Shown: one piece after another, positions 10,375 through 18,169 of the stretch
How positions within the stretch are numbered: the first letter of the stretch is position 1
How the letters are laid out: every line of letters starts with the position of its first letter
From: Candidatus Nomurabacteria bacterium
GTDB taxonomy: Bacteria > Patescibacteriota > Minisyncoccia > Phycocordibacterales > UBA9973
NCBI GenBank assembly: GCA_026396015.1
Contig: JAPLXP010000006.1
Span: 1-32,945, forward strand
DNA: 32,945 nt
Direction of reading: 5' to 3'
Translations under genes and position numbers: made by a program
The notes under the pieces: generated by a model
Seen by the model: only the letters and a program-made list of their open reading frames with translations
What the model was told of the DNA's origin: nothing
Database searches by the model: none

Positions 10375-10414
10375 AATACAAAAGGCGGGCCGTATACGGC
10401 CCGCCTTTTGTATT
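10375..10414. terminator. Bidirectional terminator (perfect 40-nt palindrome)
   Basis: AATACAAAAGGCGGGCCGTA|TACGGCCCGCCTTTTGTATT. Confidence 0.85.
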
Positions 10415-10415
10415 A

Positions 10416-10712
10416 TTATATAGTTTCCGAATATAAATATTTTTCTAAAACATCATCCGAATAAATTTTAGATAATTCAGAATAAAACTGAAGATTAATT
10501 TCTTTTAAATCTTCAAAAGTATCTGCCAAATTATTTTTAATAAAATTATTTTCCTCATAGCAATCTATGAATAATTGTAATTTTAGATTATTGATACTTA
10601 TTTTTTCTCCTTGATCAAGGAGTTCTTCTTTTGCTGAATTCATGTGTTTGTTGACAGATTCAGGATATATGATTTTATTATCTGGTGTTTTATTTTGTGG
10701 CATTTCGTGCAT
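10416..10712 (-). CDS. Hypothetical protein
   Basis: 98-aa AT-rich ORF converging on the gltX terminator. Confidence 0.55.
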   Translation of the reverse strand: MHEMPQNKTPDNKIIYPESVNKHMNSAKEELLDQGEKISINNLKLQLFIDCYEENNFIKNNLADTFEDLKEINLQFYSELSKIYSDDVLEKYLYSETI

Positions 10713-10777
10713 GTTCGTATTTTACTATATTTTTAAAGAAAAAACACGTATTTGTATTTTAGTGATATAATATTTAT

Positions 10778-10903
10778 ATGAAAATATTTAAAAAAGTAAA
10801 AGATGCGATAAATACTGTGAACTTTGACAAGATGGAAAAGAGGATTAGCTCTGCAATTAAAAACCCTCCTACCTTCAAGACAAAGAACAAGAGAGCAAAA
10901 TAA
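10778..10903 (+). CDS. 41-aa basic small protein MKIFKKVKDAINTVNFDKMEKRISSAIKNPPTFKTKNKRAK
   Basis: Read by hand; TGATATAAT 6 nt before the ATG and a terminator directly after the stop. Confidence 0.6.
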   Translation: MKIFKKVKDAINTVNFDKMEKRISSAIKNPPTFKTKNKRAK

Positions 10904-10939
10904 TTAAAAGCCCGTCGCCTGCGCGACGGGCTTTTAATT
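10902..10939. terminator. Intrinsic terminator
   Basis: AATTAAAAGCCCGTCGC-CTGC-GCGACGGGCTTTTAATT. Confidence 0.85.
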
Positions 10940-10989
10940 TGGTGTATAATAATTTTGTAATGAAAAAAGTCATCGTGATAAGCAAGTGG

Positions 10990-11012
10990 TAAGCAAGAAC
11001 CGTTCTTGCTTA
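10990..11012. repeat. Isolated REP-like palindrome
   Basis: TAAGCAAGAAC-C-GTTCTTGCTTA, 11-bp arms with a 1-nt centre and no T tract. Confidence 0.55.
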
Positions 11013-11096
11013 AACAAGGAAAATGACACGAGAGGTTATTTTGTATGTATTGCATAAATACGATTTTATGGTATAGTGTTAAAAAATTCTCTATAT

Positions 11097-11732
11097 ATGA
11101 ACATACAAAAATACACAAAAAGCAAAGGCTTGTTTTGCTTGCCAGACCAAGGTGACTTGATCGATGTTAGAAACAGATTAGATTCTATGGGTTTTGAAAA
11201 AGTTTCTAAAGAAGAAATTCTGATCTCTCATTTAGATAATAATTTAGGAAAGCCAAAACGAGCCACCACAGGAAATGCAGTACAAGATCAGTATCGCAGA
11301 ATTTCAAAAACCGGATATTCTGTCTACATTCATTCAGGTTTGATCGATGATCATTTTTCCGAAAAAGGGTCATCGTGGGTTTTGATTTTAAATGAAAAAA
11401 ATGAACGTGTGTGGATGCGTGAATTTTACCGCAATTTTGGAATACTGCTTTTAAAGAAGCTTTTGGCTTACGCACGTTTTGCCAGCAATATTTGTGATGG
11501 CAGATTGGATGGCGACGAGCTGGTTGAATTTTTTGAAAATAGGTATGAATGGCGTAGTAGTTCAGGCAAATTCAGTGGAATCGTTTTAAATTATAAAAAT
11601 TATTTATACGACCTTTCTATTGAAGAAAAGAGAATCGTGTCTCAAAAAGAGAGAATACACGATAGTTATTTAAAAGCGACTTTTGGCAAGGTTCTCAGAG
11701 AAAAAGATTTCCGTGCCACATGGAAAGATTAA
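11097..11732 (+). CDS. Hypothetical protein
   Basis: ORF with likely ATG at 11097, followed by a terminator at 11761-11791; no family recognised. Confidence 0.7.
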   Translation: MNIQKYTKSKGLFCLPDQGDLIDVRNRLDSMGFEKVSKEEILISHLDNNLGKPKRATTGNAVQDQYRRISKTGYSVYIHSGLIDDHFSEKGSSWVLILNEKNERVWMREFYRNFGILLLKKLLAYARFASNICDGRLDGDELVEFFENRYEWRSSSGKFSGIVLNYKNYLYDLSIEEKRIVSQKERIHDSYLKATFGKVLREKDFRATWKD

Positions 11733-11760
11733 AATGAGGGTTTGTAATACTCATTTATTC

Positions 11761-11791
11761 AGGCCCCGCAGAGCAATCTGTGGGGCTTTTT
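11761..11791 (+). terminator. Intrinsic terminator
   Basis: AGGCCCCGCAGA-GCAA-TCTGTGGGGCTT followed by Ts. Confidence 0.8.
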
Positions 11792-11814
11792 ATTTGCATG
11801 ATATACTAGGCTCT

Positions 11815-12369
11815 ATGCAAAAGACTGTAGAGATAGATGGCGTAGATGTGCCATATACAATCAGATCAAATTCTAAATCTAAAAAGATTAGTATTCGTGT
11901 ACAGGAAGGTGGGCAGATATCTATTACAAAACCCACCCGTGTATCTGTGAGGTATATTGAGAATCTTGTGGAAACTAAAAAAATTTGGATTACAGAGCAA
12001 ATTAAAACATTAAAGAATAGACCTAAAAAATTATTATCACATTATTCTGCAAAAGATTTCGATAAATACAAAGACGAGGCTTATAATCTAGTAGATGCAA
12101 GGATCTCACATTTCAATAAATTTTATAAATATGATATCGAGCGTGTGACTATACGTAATCAATCGACTCGATGGGGAAGTTGTTCACGGAGAAAGAATTT
12201 GAATTTTAATTACAAGATAGTATTATTGCCATCAGAATTACAAGACTATATCATCGTGCATGAATTGTGCCATCTGGCACAGATGAATCATGGTAAGAAA
12301 TTCTGGGATCTAGTGTCGCTACAAATTCCGGATTATAAAGATCGTGTACTTGAACTGAAAAAATATTAG
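11815..12369 (+). CDS. YgjP/DUF45-like zinc metalloprotein (M48/SprT-like)
   Basis: IRNQSTRWGSCS, LNFNYKI and DYIIVHELCHLAQMNHGKKFW (HExxH). Start reassigned to ATG 11815 because the upstream extension crosses a terminator. Confidence 0.9.
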   Translation: MQKTVEIDGVDVPYTIRSNSKSKKISIRVQEGGQISITKPTRVSVRYIENLVETKKIWITEQIKTLKNRPKKLLSHYSAKDFDKYKDEAYNLVDARISHFNKFYKYDIERVTIRNQSTRWGSCSRRKNLNFNYKIVLLPSELQDYIIVHELCHLAQMNHGKKFWDLVSLQIPDYKDRVLELKKY

Positions 12370-12435
12370 GACATATGAGCTGACTAGTGTATACTTTGCC
12401 AGTCGGTTTTAGCAGCTCTAATCAAATTTAAATAT

Positions 12436-12564
12436 ATGACAGATGAAACAACAACTACAACTACTGAAGAAGTAGTAGTAGAAGCTCCAGTTGAATCTAC
12501 AGAAGTTGAATCAACACCTGTTGAAGAGACTCCTGCAGAAACTACAGAAGAAGCTGCTGCATAA
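12436..12564 (+). CDS. 42-aa acidic low-complexity small protein (MTDETTTTTTEEVVVEAPVESTEVESTPVEETPAETTEEAAA)
   Basis: Read by hand; codon usage resembles the highly expressed genes (GAA, GCT, ACT/ACA, GTA/GTT); AT-rich leader and own terminator. Confidence 0.7.
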   Translation: MTDETTTTTTEEVVVEAPVESTEVESTPVEETPAETTEEAAA

Positions 12565-12567
12565 TGC

Positions 12568-12602
12568 ATTAAAACACCGAGATTATATCTCGGTGTTTTA
12601 AT
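12568..12602. terminator. Intrinsic terminator
   Basis: ATTAAAACACCGAGAT-TAT-ATCTCGGTGTTTTAAT. Confidence 0.8.
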
Positions 12603-12700
12603 TTGCTATCTTTTAAATACAATATGTGGTATAGTCAAGCGGTATAATAGATACATAAGGCACAGTCGAAGCTCTAAGAAAAACTAACATAAAAAATCAT

Positions 12701-12898
12701 ATGAAAGGAATAATCAAAACTCTTACAGACAAAGGATTCGGATTCATCTCTCGTGAAGGCGAGACAAAGGACCTATTCTTCCACTCTAAAGAATTATCTG
12801 GTGTCACATACGAAGATCTACGTGAAGGTGACGAAGTCACTTTTGAAGTAGTAAACGGTGAAAAAGGCCCAGCTGCTGTAAACGTGCAACGCGCATAA
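12701..12898 (+). CDS. cspA: Cold-shock domain protein (CspA family)
   Basis: KGFGFI (RNP1), DLFFH (RNP2) and GEKGPAAVNV. Confidence 0.95.
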   Translation: MKGIIKTLTDKGFGFISREGETKDLFFHSKELSGVTYEDLREGDEVTFEVVNGEKGPAAVNVQRA

Positions 12899-12900
12899 TA

Positions 12901-12946
12901 CACAAAAACAAAAACACACTCGAAAGAGTGTGTTTTTGTTTTTGTG
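12901..12946 (+). terminator. Long terminator hairpin
   Basis: CACAAAAACAAAAACACACTC-GAAA-GAGTGTGTTTTTGTTTTTGTG. Confidence 0.8.
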
Positions 12947-12962
12947 TGCTAGTATAGGGAAT

Positions 12963-13529
12963 ATGAAGATCACTTCAACAAAATTTATAACTGGGTTGGT
13001 AGACGACCATGCGATACTCTCTGACGGCATACCTCAGATAGCTTTTGTTGGGCGCTCCAATGTCGGTAAATCTACATTGATCAATACACTGACTGCGAGC
13101 TCTGTATCCCGCACTAGTTCGTTCCCCGGACGCACTCAAGAGATCAATATATTCCTAGTGAACAATGAATTCTATTTTGTAGACCTACCTGGATATGGCT
13201 TTGCTCGTGCATCTGGTATGGGCCGTGAGAAGATCAGTGAGCTCATCGACTCGTATCTATTCAGTTCTGTGAATGGTCAGAAGAAGGTAGTGATGATTGT
13301 AGATGCCAATGTGGGTATGACAGAAAAGGATGAACTCATGTTATCCATGCTCATCGAGCACAAAAAGGATTTTGTTATAGTTGCCAACAAGACAGACAAA
13401 GCTAGTCAATCAGAGCTTCATCACAATCTAAATGCAATCAGAAAAATTGCAAGGGAGCACAAAGTCATCCCATTCTCATCAAAGAAAAGAATAGGACTCG
13501 ATACTCTACTCGAAGAAATAATGAAGTAA
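12963..13529 (+). CDS. engB: Ribosome biogenesis GTPase EngB/YihA/YsxC
   Basis: GRSNVGKS, PGRT, DLPGYG and NKTD; start reassigned to ATG 12963. Confidence 0.96.
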   Translation: MKITSTKFITGLVDDHAILSDGIPQIAFVGRSNVGKSTLINTLTASSVSRTSSFPGRTQEINIFLVNNEFYFVDLPGYGFARASGMGREKISELIDSYLFSSVNGQKKVVMIVDANVGMTEKDELMLSMLIEHKKDFVIVANKTDKASQSELHHNLNAIRKIAREHKVIPFSSKKRIGLDTLLEEIMK

Positions 13530-13567
13530 TAAAAAAATATCTTTCAAATGAAAGATATTTTTTTATT
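13528..13567. terminator. AT-rich terminator hairpin
   Basis: AATAAAAAAATATCTTTCA-AA-TGAAAGATATTTTTTTATT. Confidence 0.7.
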
Positions 13568-13584
13568 TATCTTCTTTATGATAG

Positions 13585-13593
13585 TTATCCACA
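13585..13593 (+). promoter_or_regulatory. Single DnaA box
   Basis: Perfect TTATCCACA, 9 nt upstream of the -35 of the lexA-operon promoter. Confidence 0.5.
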
Positions 13594-13602
13594 GTTTTTT
13601 AT

Positions 13603-13631
13603 TTGACTGTGAACGAGCGTTCACATATAAT
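13603..13631 (+). promoter_or_regulatory. Promoter with a putative LexA operator in the spacer
   Basis: TTGACT-N17-TATAAT; the palindrome TGTGAAC-GAGC-GTTCACA (13608-13625) fills the spacer and has a GAAC-N4-GTTC core. Confidence 0.8.
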
Positions 13632-13668
13632 ATAAATATAAGTAATTAATAGTAATCAAATAAATTGT

Positions 13669-13863
13669 ATGAGCAGAGAACAATACATCAAATTAATAGA
13701 GAGAGAATTGCATAATATCAACAAGCGTATCGACATGAAGATCCTAGCTGGCGAGGAGTACAAAAAGGAGGCTCAGGATCACAAGATTCTGCGCCGTAAA
13801 ATACTTCAGAATTCACGTCGAGCATACTTCAACAAGTTTTTTCCAATGATGCTAAAATTCTAG
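13669..13863 (+). CDS. Small basic hypothetical protein, first gene of the lexA operon
   Basis: 64-aa helical ORF between the operator-containing promoter and lexA. Confidence 0.75.
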   Translation: MSREQYIKLIERELHNINKRIDMKILAGEEYKKEAQDHKILRRKILQNSRRAYFNKFFPMMLKF

Positions 13864-13875
13864 TATAATAGATAT

Positions 13876-14445
13876 ATGTACAACGACTACAAAAATAAAT
13901 TACTTTCCTTTTACCAGAGAGAGAATCGTATGCCGACATATACGGAGATGATGTCTCTCTTTGGCTTCAAATCCAAGAATGCAGTAGCTCGCCTCGTAGA
14001 TAAATTCATCGAGGCTGGTCTCGTTGCAAAGGATCATTTGGGTCGCTTGGTTCCTGAATCATCATTCAATGATGTTCCACTCCTAGGGTCCGTGAAGGCT
14101 GGTTTGCCTGCCGATGTAGCAGAGCAATCTTACGACACAGTGAATCTCGACAATTATTTGGTTAGCAAAAAAGGTAATACTTATATGCTCGAGGTAGATG
14201 GTGAGTCTATGATCGAGGCGTACATAGCCGATGGTGATATGGTGTTAGTAGAGAAGACTGAAAAAGCTCGCGATGGAGATATTGTCATAGCAGATGTAGA
14301 TGGAGAATTTACAATGAAATATTTTAGAGTGAATAGAGATGGTTCATTGTGGCTCGAGCCAGCAAACAAAGATTTCAAACCAATTTATCCAAAGCAATAT
14401 CTGCATATCAATGGTGTCGTAAAGGCCGTGATTCGTAAATATTAA
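13876..14445 (+). CDS. lexA: LexA-family repressor (wHTH plus S24 autopeptidase)
   Basis: N-terminal PTYTEM..FGFKSKNAV wHTH, Ala-Gly cleavage site (VKAGLP), catalytic Ser (GESM) and Lys (FTMKY). Confidence 0.9.
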   Translation: MYNDYKNKLLSFYQRENRMPTYTEMMSLFGFKSKNAVARLVDKFIEAGLVAKDHLGRLVPESSFNDVPLLGSVKAGLPADVAEQSYDTVNLDNYLVSKKGNTYMLEVDGESMIEAYIADGDMVLVEKTEKARDGDIVIADVDGEFTMKYFRVNRDGSLWLEPANKDFKPIYPKQYLHINGVVKAVIRKY

Positions 14446-14462
14446 AATGATATAATTATCTT

Positions 14463-14774
14463 ATGAAAAATTTTCACATATTTTTAGTATCCGTTAGTTT
14501 TGTTGCCCTTGTCGTAGGGTTCTCTGCCTATAAATTGGCCAATCCAGATAGGAATAGTGTTGCTGGTCAAAATATGACAGGAGACAGCAAATCATTACTT
14601 AAAGATAGTTCATCATTTCAAAATAATCTGGTTCCAGTTCCTGATAATTCTTCTATTGGTGCGCAATCTAATACAAGTATTAATTCTGAAAATACTGCCC
14701 CAATTGTAAAGAAATCTGTTATTCCAGCAAGAAAAGTCTACAATCGTGAGTCCGAGGATGAAGATGATGATTAG
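14463..14774 (+). CDS. Hypothetical membrane-anchored low-complexity protein
   Basis: N-terminal TM/signal segment, S/N-rich body and acidic tail; leaderless promoter and terminator. Confidence 0.7.
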   Translation: MKNFHIFLVSVSFVALVVGFSAYKLANPDRNSVAGQNMTGDSKSLLKDSSSFQNNLVPVPDNSSIGAQSNTSINSENTAPIVKKSVIPARKVYNRESEDEDDD

Positions 14775-14780
14775 ATAAAC

Positions 14781-14823
14781 CAAGCCCATACATCAGTCCA
14801 TGATTGTATGGGCTTGCTTTTTT
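14781..14823 (+). terminator. Intrinsic terminator
   Basis: CAAGCCCATACA...TGTATGGGCTTG followed by a T tract. Confidence 0.75.
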
Positions 14824-14901
14824 AACTTAAAAATGCTATATTGTCAACATATTCGCAAAACCTATTCGAAATAGGTATTTAACTATAATAATAAAACATT
14901 T

Positions 14902-15525
14902 ATGGGAGATTTTAATCGAGGTGGTGATAGAGGTGGTTTCCGTGGTGGAGACCGTGGAGGTTTTCAAAAGAAAAGTTTCGGAGGTAGTCGTGGAGGTGGA
15001 TTCGGTGGTGGCCGTGGAGGCGATCGCGGTCCAGTGAGTATGCACAAGGCTGTATGTGACGAATGTCAGAAGAATTGTGAAGTTCCTTTCCGTCCATCAG
15101 GAGACAAGCCAATATACTGTTCTGATTGTTTCGGAGGCAAGAAAGGCGATGGAGACCGTGCTCCAAGAAAAGAGTTCAGTGATCGTGGTCCACGTCCATC
15201 ATTCGGTGATCGTCCTGCTCCTCGCGCAGATTTCTCTGCTCGTCCAGCTGCTCCAGCAAATGACAGTACAGCAAAGCAACTATCAGAAATCAATGCAAAG
15301 CTTGACCGTCTAGTAAGTTCAATTGAAAAATTGACTGCTACTCCAAAAGTTGAATCTACATTTGTAAAAGTTGCTCCTGTAGTAGCTGCTCCAAAAGTAG
15401 AAGCAAAGAAAGTAGAAGTTAAAAAATCTGCACCAGCTGCAAAAGCAAAAGCTGTGAAAACTGCACCTGTAAAGGTAGCAGCAAAGGCTCCTGTAAAGAA
15501 GGTAGTCGCAAAGAAAAAGAAATAA
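14902..15525 (+). CDS. CxxC-x17-CxxC zinc-ribbon protein with an RGG-rich N-terminus and a Lys/Ala-rich tail
   Basis: CDEC-QKNCEVPFRPSGDKPIY(17)-CSDC, GGDRGGF repeats, a coiled coil, and a histone-H1-like KAPVKKVVAKKKK tail. Confidence 0.88.
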   Translation: MGDFNRGGDRGGFRGGDRGGFQKKSFGGSRGGGFGGGRGGDRGPVSMHKAVCDECQKNCEVPFRPSGDKPIYCSDCFGGKKGDGDRAPRKEFSDRGPRPSFGDRPAPRADFSARPAAPANDSTAKQLSEINAKLDRLVSSIEKLTATPKVESTFVKVAPVVAAPKVEAKKVEVKKSAPAAKAKAVKTAPVKVAAKAPVKKVVAKKKK

Positions 15526-15536
15526 TTTTTTCCTTT

Positions 15537-15568
15537 AAACAAAACCCCCATCTGGGGGTTTTGTTTTT
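15537..15568 (+). terminator. Intrinsic terminator
   Basis: AAACAAAACCCCCA-TC-TGGGGGTTTTGTTT. Confidence 0.8.
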
Positions 15569-15593
15569 GTTAAAATGATATATAATATTACTC

Positions 15594-16292
15594 ATGAATA
15601 AGACAGTTATTACAAGTTTAGTAATTATATTATTAGTCGTTGGTGTTGGTTGGTCTTTTATTAATAAGCCTAGTAAATTTGCTCCTTATAATGATTTTCC
15701 AGATTCAAATCAAATCCTAAATAATAATCAGTCATCTGACTTATCTGATGGTTCTAGTGTTGGTTCTTCAGATACTGCTAAAGACACAAAATTAACAGAT
15801 AATAATAAAAAAATTATGCAAGCAACAATGCACACAAGTAAGGGTGATATCGAGATAGAATTCGGTACAGCAACACCAAAGACAGTAGAGAACTTTATCA
15901 AGTTAGCAAAAGAAGGTTTTTATGACGGTGTAAAATTCCATCGTGTGATAAAGGGATTCATGATTCAAGCTGGGGATCCACAATCAAAGGATGATTCTAA
16001 AATGGCATACTGGGGTACAGGAGGCCCAGGATACAAGTTTGACGATGAGCTGACAGGCAAGGAGCAGTACCCACAAGGAACACTCGCTATGGCAAACTCA
16101 GGTCCAAATACAAACGGTAGTCAATTCTTCATCGTTACTGCTACTCCAGGTGCACCACTACCACCGAGTTATACTGTATTCGGTAAAGTTACAAAGGGGA
16201 TAGAGAATGCACTCGCAATAGAGAATGTAAAGACTGGTCAAGCAGATAGACCAATAGAGGCAGTGACAATAAATAGTATTACGTTGAAATAA
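15594..16292 (+). CDS. Membrane-anchored cyclophilin-type peptidyl-prolyl cis-trans isomerase
   Basis: N-terminal TM, then TPKTVENF, FHRVIKGFMIQAGDP, GTLAMANSGPNTNGSQFFI and YTVFGKV. Confidence 0.95.
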   Translation: MNKTVITSLVIILLVVGVGWSFINKPSKFAPYNDFPDSNQILNNNQSSDLSDGSSVGSSDTAKDTKLTDNNKKIMQATMHTSKGDIEIEFGTATPKTVENFIKLAKEGFYDGVKFHRVIKGFMIQAGDPQSKDDSKMAYWGTGGPGYKFDDELTGKEQYPQGTLAMANSGPNTNGSQFFIVTATPGAPLPPSYTVFGKVTKGIENALAIENVKTGQADRPIEAVTINSITLK

Positions 16293-16293
16293 T

Positions 16294-16337
16294 AAATATA
16301 AATAGCCCCGGCCTATAGGCCGGGGCTATTTATATTT
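16294..16337. terminator. Bidirectional terminator (AAATAGCYCCGGC family, copy 2)
   Basis: Perfect palindrome AAATATAAATAGCCCCGGCCTA|TAGGCCGGGGCTATTTATATTT. Confidence 0.85.
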
Positions 16338-16504
16338 TATCTCTTGTGTTCTCTCCAACTATAATTGTCATCTTCCTCCTCCTTGTCTTTTTTGTCTAGT
16401 ACTACAGGTGTACCACAAGCCTGACATTCGTCTCCAAATACACGTAGTCCGCATCTCATACAAGTCGGATCACTTTGCTCTTTTGTTTCTTCTTCATTTT
16501 CCAT
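16337..16504 (-). CDS. 55-aa zinc-ribbon small protein
   Basis: Read by hand: MENEEETKEQSDPTCMRCGLRVFGDECQACGTPVVLDKKDKEEEDDNYSWREHKR, with two CxxCG motifs; it ends at the shared terminator. Confidence 0.75.
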   Translation of the reverse strand: MENEEETKEQSDPTCMRCGLRVFGDECQACGTPVVLDKKDKEEEDDNYSWREHKR

Positions 16505-16547
16505 AGTTTTTAAATAATAGCATATAGATTAATGTCACTACAAACAT

Positions 16548-16576
16548 TTGACAAGTTTTTAAATAAATGCTATTCT
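16548..16576 (+). promoter_or_regulatory. Promoter of the DEAD-box helicase gene
   Basis: TTGACA-N17-TATTCT with an extended -10 TG, about 100 nt upstream of the ATG. Confidence 0.7.
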
Positions 16577-16675
16577 ACCTCTAGTTGAAATACTCCTTTG
16601 TGCGTTAGTGTTTCAATCCCGATTTGCGAGATGTATGCAAATCAATTAATATTGAAGCACTGAAAAATTATATAT

Positions 16676-18124
16676 ATGGCTTATAAACCAAATTCTGGAA
16701 GAACTCGGAGTTCTTCCTCTGTAAATGATAGTGGCGACAGTCGTCCATCATTAAGATCAAGTGGTAGTCGTGGCGGAGCATCTCATGGAGGCCCATCTCG
16801 ATCATCACACAATAGTAGTAGTCCTGCTCGTCCATCTCGCGATGGAGGATCTCGATCATCAGCACCTTATGCAGGTGGTGGTAATAGTAGACCGTCATCA
16901 TCAGGTGGTCGTGGCAATTTCTCAGGAAATCGCCGTGGACGCACAGGTGGTTCAGGCGGTGGAGGCGGATCACGTAGTGGCTCATCTCGTGCCGGAGGAC
17001 GTGGCAAAGGTAATTTTGAGAGAATAGATTTCTCAAGATTTATCAACAAAGCGACAATCACAGAAAAAGAGGAAGTATACATACCGACTCATACATTCTC
17101 TGATTTCAAAGTTGCTGATTCTCTAAAGCGAGCAATCGCAAACAAGAATTATATCTTCCCAAGTCCGATTCAAGACAAGGCTATACCTCATGCTCTAGAA
17201 GGACGCGATATAGTAGGTATTGCGAATACTGGTACAGGTAAAACTGCAGCATTCCTAATCCCACTTATCAACAAGATATTGAATAACAAAAATGAAAAGG
17301 TGATAATCCTCGCTCCAACTCGCGAGCTGGCAATTCAGATTGAAAAAGAATTGTTTGAATTCGTACGTGGAATGGGTATCTTCTCAGTAGTCTGCGTCGG
17401 AGGCGCACCGATATTTCCGCAAATCAAGACATTGCGCCGTCGTTGCGACTTTATCATCGGTACACCTGGACGTATCATGGACCTAGTAGATCGAAAAGAA
17501 ATAATCCTCTCGACTGTGAACAATATAGTTCTCGATGAGGCTGATCGTATGCTAGACATGGGATTCGTAGATGATATGACCAAGATTTTGCGTGCTATGC
17601 CAGAAGAAAAACAAGCCTTTCTATTCTCAGCGACTCTTCCAAAAGAGGTAGAGAAGCTAGTAGAGAGATTCACAAAGGATCCAGTGCGCGTGATGGTAAA
17701 GACTCGCGATACATCAAAGAATGTAGAGCAAGATATCGTCCGCATTGCACGTGGTACAGAAAAAATGGATGTCCTAGAAGACCTACTCTCAAGTGCAGAA
17801 TTCGACAAAGTTATAATCTTTGCCGAGATGAAGCATACAGTAGAGAAGATTTCAGTGGAGTTGATCAAGCGCGGTTTCCGTGCAGGATCTATCCATGGCG
17901 ACAAGCGTCACAACGAGAGACAGAGAACACTGACACAATTTAAAGATGGAACTCTTAGTATTCTCGTAGCGACAGACGTCGCAGCTCGTGGACTTGATAT
18001 TCCAAATGTATCTCACGTGATCAACTTCGAAGTGCCTCAGACTTATGATACCTATGTTCACCGTATCGGCCGTACAGGTCGTGCTAGTGCAAAGGGTATG
18101 GCCCTGACATTCGTAGCAGGTTAA
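16676..18124 (+). CDS. DEAD-box RNA helicase (RhlE/CshA-like) with a long Ser/Gly/Arg-rich N-terminus
   Basis: Q motif PSPIQ, TGTGKT, PTRELA, TPGR, DEAD, SAT, ARGLD and HRIGRTGRA. Confidence 0.97.
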   Translation: MAYKPNSGRTRSSSSVNDSGDSRPSLRSSGSRGGASHGGPSRSSHNSSSPARPSRDGGSRSSAPYAGGGNSRPSSSGGRGNFSGNRRGRTGGSGGGGGSRSGSSRAGGRGKGNFERIDFSRFINKATITEKEEVYIPTHTFSDFKVADSLKRAIANKNYIFPSPIQDKAIPHALEGRDIVGIANTGTGKTAAFLIPLINKILNNKNEKVIILAPTRELAIQIEKELFEFVRGMGIFSVVCVGGAPIFPQIKTLRRRCDFIIGTPGRIMDLVDRKEIILSTVNNIVLDEADRMLDMGFVDDMTKILRAMPEEKQAFLFSATLPKEVEKLVERFTKDPVRVMVKTRDTSKNVEQDIVRIARGTEKMDVLEDLLSSAEFDKVIIFAEMKHTVEKISVELIKRGFRAGSIHGDKRHNERQRTLTQFKDGTLSILVATDVAARGLDIPNVSHVINFEVPQTYDTYVHRIGRTGRASAKGMALTFVAG

Positions 18125-18169
18125 GATTAAAATCCTCGCAAGAAATGTTCTCGCGAAAAACAAGGATCT

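Noticed and set aside
10774-11118. 114-aa minus-strand ORF
   Set aside because: It crosses a terminator hairpin and overlaps the better supported plus-strand 41-aa ORF.
11815-12369. YgjP-like gene as part of the type I R-M remnant
   Set aside because: It is about 19 kb from the hsdR fragment, in a housekeeping context with its own promoter.
12384-12569. 61-aa minus-strand Ser/Val/Thr ORF
   Set aside because: It is the mirror of the plus-strand acidic peptide, which has the leader, codon bias and terminator.
13585-13593. DnaA box as a replication origin
   Set aside because: Only one box in a short intergenic region, with no dnaA/dnaN nearby and no box cluster.
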